64,000 nt of DNA, from NCBI RefSeq assembly GCF_009914755.1, contig NC_060934.1; one strand, given 5' to 3'. The stretch comes from the human T2T-CHM13v2.0 reference genome, Homo sapiens. The translations under genes were made by a program, and so were the position numbers. Positions 57,868-64,000 of the stretch are shown here, piece after piece. Numbering within the stretch: position 1 is the stretch's first letter; every line of letters begins with the position of its first letter. The notes under the pieces were generated by a model that worked only from the letters and a program-made list of their open reading frames with translations, was not told where the DNA came from and searched no databases.

Positions 57868-58849
57868 ACTGTTTCCTCTGGGGGGAAAAAATGGGTTGGA
57901 TCATTCCCAAAACTCGTGTTATATGTTTTACATACAGATATATCTTAGGGATACATCTCATAGAAAGGGATGTGGTACCACAGACAACACAGCTTATCTT
58001 AGACAACAGCTTAAATTCACTGACATTACCTCTGAGTCATAATAGACTTGCAAAAACCAGTAGATTTTAAGTTGGATCTGGAGTGATTCAATGATTCCCT
58101 CATGCATCTAGAAGAGGCAAGTGAATTCCCAGGACCCCAGATATCTCTGGAGTTCCCAAAATACTGGTTTCTGGAGACAGACATCCCAACACTGCAGAAG
58201 GACCCGCGTGTAGTGTAGGTAAACTGAAAATGTCCGATTGTGCCCACTTGCTTTCGAGGACAGAGTGATGCCTGAGAGGCTACATTCGGATTCCCCTGGA
58301 GTGCAGCTGTTCCTCTGCTCACTTCTGCCACCTTCACATCGATCTCTGCAGCGGGATGATTTAAGTGGCCATTTAGATCGATGCCCGAGACAACACAGCC
58401 AGGATATCCACCCGCCGTAATCTGCTCATTCTGTGTGGATGGACTAGGGCTTTGCTCCAGGAATGCCAATCACATTGCAACCATCAGGAAACGTTCAGAC
58501 TATTTGATGCTCCGCAGATGCTGGTCTCACATCCAGGGAATGATAGAGGACAGTGCAAAGTTCGACCTGTCCCTTCGTAGTATTTCATTACAGCCTCATT
58601 TGAGACAATCGAGGGAAATTAAAAAGAAAAATAAAACAAATAAAGCAGAACAAAAAGGCCCCCATTGAAATTATCATGAGCATTGACTTGGGTAGAAATG
58701 GCATGCAAAGTGTAAGACATCTTAATAAAAGAATCAAAGTTATTTTCATTAAGCACATTTAAACTTTTGCTCTTCATCTTGCTTCCAAAGTAGTATATCT
58801 TCCCATTTGACTTAAAATGTTAAGTTAAAAAATATTTTCCATAATTTTT

Positions 58850-59280
58850 CATAAAATTAAAGATATGCATACTCTGTAACCCAGAAATTCCAATTCTAAT
58901 TCTACATTTTAGAGAGACCCATGTAAAAGTACACATCTTGAATTATAAGAGCAAAAAATTGAAACAGCTAAGCATTTATTAACAAGAGAATGAATTTTTC
59001 ACAAAATGAAATAGTACACAGCATGACAAGATAAAATAGCACTGCAATGAGATACAACTTCATACTCTCTAGGATGGCTATCATGAAAAAGACAGAAAAT
59101 AAGAAATGTGTGCAAGAATGTGGGGAAGATAGAACTGTCATACATTGCTTACTAAAAATAGTAAAATGATGCAACCACTTTGGAAAAAGTTTTAGCGTTC
59201 CTCAAAATATTTAACACAGAGTCACCATCTGACCCAGCGATTCCACTCCTAGGTATGTACCTAAAAGAAATGAAAACGTG
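58850..59280 (+). mobile_element. Old L1M fragments (L1MB-like from about 59030), target of the young L1
   Basis: 'aatgagatacaacttc...aggatggctat', 'gcaaccactttggaaaa', 'gacccagcgattccactcctaggtat' ORF2 3' region. Confidence 0.8.
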
Positions 59281-59282
59281 GA

Positions 59283-60189
59283 GGGGGGAGGAGCCAAGAT
59301 GGCCGAATAGGAACAGCTCCGGTCTACAGCTCCCAGCGTGAGCGACGCAGAAGACCGGTGATTTCTGCATTTCCATCTGAGGTACCGGGTTCATCTCACT
59401 AGGGAGTGCCAGACAGTGGGCGCAGGCCAGTGGGTGCGCGCACCGTGCGCGAGCCGAAGCAGGGCGAGGCATTGCCTCACTTGGGAAGCGCAAGGGGTCA
59501 GGGAGTTCCCTTTCCAAGCCAAAGAAAGGGGTGACGGACGCACCTGGAAAATCGGGTCACTCCCACCCGAATATTGCGCTTTTCAGACCGGCTTAAAAAA
59601 CGGCGCACCACGAGATTATATCCCACACCTGGCTCAGAGGGTCCTATGCCCACGGAATCTCGCTGATTGCTAGCACAGCAGTCTGAGATCAAACTGCAAG
59701 GCGGCAGTGAGGCTGGGGGAGGGGTGCCCGCCATTGCCCAGGCTTGCTTAGGTAAACAAAGCAGCCGGGAAGCTCGAACTGGGTGGAACCCACCACAGCT
59801 CAAGGAGGCCTGCCTGCCTCTGTAGGCTCCACCTCTGGGGGCAGGGCACAGACAAACAAAAAGACAGCAGTAACCTCTGCAGACTTAAATGTCCCTGTCT
59901 GACAGCTTTGAAGAGAGCAGTGGTTCTCCCAGCACGCAGCTGGAGATCTGAGAACCGGCAGACTGCCTCCTCAAGTGGGTCCCTGACCCCTGACCCCCGA
60001 GCAGCCTAACTGGGAGGCACCCCCCAGCAGGGGCACACTGACACCTCACACGGCAGGGTATTCCAACAGACCTGCAGCTGAGGGTCCTGTCTGTTAGAAG
60101 GAAAACTAACAAACAGAAAAGACATCTACACCGAAAACCCATCTGTACATCACCATCATCAAAGACCAAAAGTAGATAAAACCACAAAG
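59283..60189 (+). promoter_or_regulatory. L1 5'UTR: internal sense promoter and antisense promoter, CpG-rich
   Basis: YY1 site 'caagatggccg' about 59296-59306 intact; many retained CpGs. Confidence 0.9.
59498..59734 (-). CDS. L1 ORF0 (78 aa, C-terminally extended)
   Basis: MAGTPPPASLPPCSLISDCCASNQRDSVG...RCVRHPFL+WLGKGTP within track ORF 59498-59803. Confidence 0.75.
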   Translation of the reverse strand: MAGTPPPASLPPCSLISDCCASNQRDSVGIGPSEPGVGYNLVVRRFLSRSEKRNIRVGVTRFSRCVRHPFLWLGKGTP

Positions 60190-61207
60190 ATGGTGAAAAA
60201 AAAAGCACAGAAAAACTGGAAACTCTAAAAAGCAGAGCGCCTCTCCTCCTCCAAAGGAACGCAGTTCCTCACCAGCAACGGAACAAAGCTGGATGGAGAA
60301 TGACTTTGACGAACTGAGAGAAGAAGGCTTCAGATGATCAAATTACTCTGAGCTACGGGAGGACATTCAAACCAAAGGCAAAGAAGTTGAAAACTTTGAA
60401 AAAAATTTAGGAGAATGTATAACTAGAATAACCAATACAGAGAAGTGCTTAAAGGAGCTGATGGAGCTGAAAACTAAGGCTCGAGAACTACGTGAAGAAT
60501 GCAGAAGCCTCAGGAGCCGATGCGATCAACTGGAAGAAAGGGTATCAGCAATGGAAGATGAAATGAATGAAATGAAGCGAGAAGGGAAGTTTAGAGAAAA
60601 AAGAATAAAAAGAAATGAGCAAAGCCTCCAAGAAATATGGGACTATGTGAAAAGACCAAATCTACATCTGATTGGTGTACCTGAAAGTGACGGGGAGAAT
60701 GGAACCAAGTTGGAAAACACTCTGCAGGATATTATCCAGGAGAACTTCCCCAATCTAGCAAGGCAGTCCAACATTCAGATTCAGGAAATACAGACAACGC
60801 CACAAAGATACTCCTCGAGAAGAGCAACTCCAAGACACATAATTGTCAGATTCACCAAAGTTGAAATGAAGGAAAAAATGTTAAGGGCAGCCAGAGAGAA
60901 AGGTCGGGTTACCCTCAAAGGGAAGCCCATCAGACTAACAGCGGATCTCTCGGCAGAAACCCTACAAGCCAGAAGAGAGTGGGGGCCAATATTCAACATT
61001 CTTAAAGAAAAGAATTTTCAACCCAGAATTTCATATCCAGCCAAACTAAGCTTCATAAGCGAAGGAGAAATAAAATACTTCACAGACAAGCAAATGCTGA
61101 GAGATTTTGTCACCACCAGGCCTGCCCTAAAAGAGCTCCTGAAGGAAGTGCTAAACATGGAAAGGAACAATCGGTACCAGCCGCTGCAAAATCATGCCAA
61201 AATGTAA
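60190..61207 (+). pseudogene. L1 ORF1 (disrupted); residual 248-aa ORF 60461-61207
   Basis: +1 frameshift in the A-run after ATG 60190; CGA>TGA at 60335-60337; remainder is clear ORF1p (coiled coil, RRM, CTD with REKG, ARR, YPAKLS). Confidence 0.93.
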
Positions 61208-61243
61208 AGACCATCGAGACTAGGAAGAAACTGCATCAACTAA

Positions 61244-64000
<2,757 letters not shown>

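Overview
Primate (hominoid, probably human) non-coding nuclear DNA, intergenic or deep intronic. I recognise no host protein-coding exon, tRNA, rRNA or CRISPR array and cannot name the locus. Much of the window is transposon-derived: about 14 Alus (J/S/Y, one with AluYd diagnostics), three short L1PA 3' fragments (one a twin-primed 5'-inverted insertion), old L1M/L2/MIR relics, solo LTRs (MER66-, MER50/51-, MSTA-, THE1-, MLT1-like) and DNA-transposon fossils (MER58A, MER82). At the right end is a young L1PA2-like LINE-1 with an intact 5' end that runs off the window. Its ORF1 is broken, its ORF2 looks open for 910 codons with lesions in EN/RT motifs, and its ORF0 has a stop-loss extension. Non-repeat oddities are a perfect 24-bp hairpin, several local duplications, a CpG-rich patch next to the L1 antisense promoter and a few transcription-factor motif clusters. 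Repeat names come from recalled consensus sequences, not a search. I found no convincing evidence of a previously undescribed biological system; the findings are leads.
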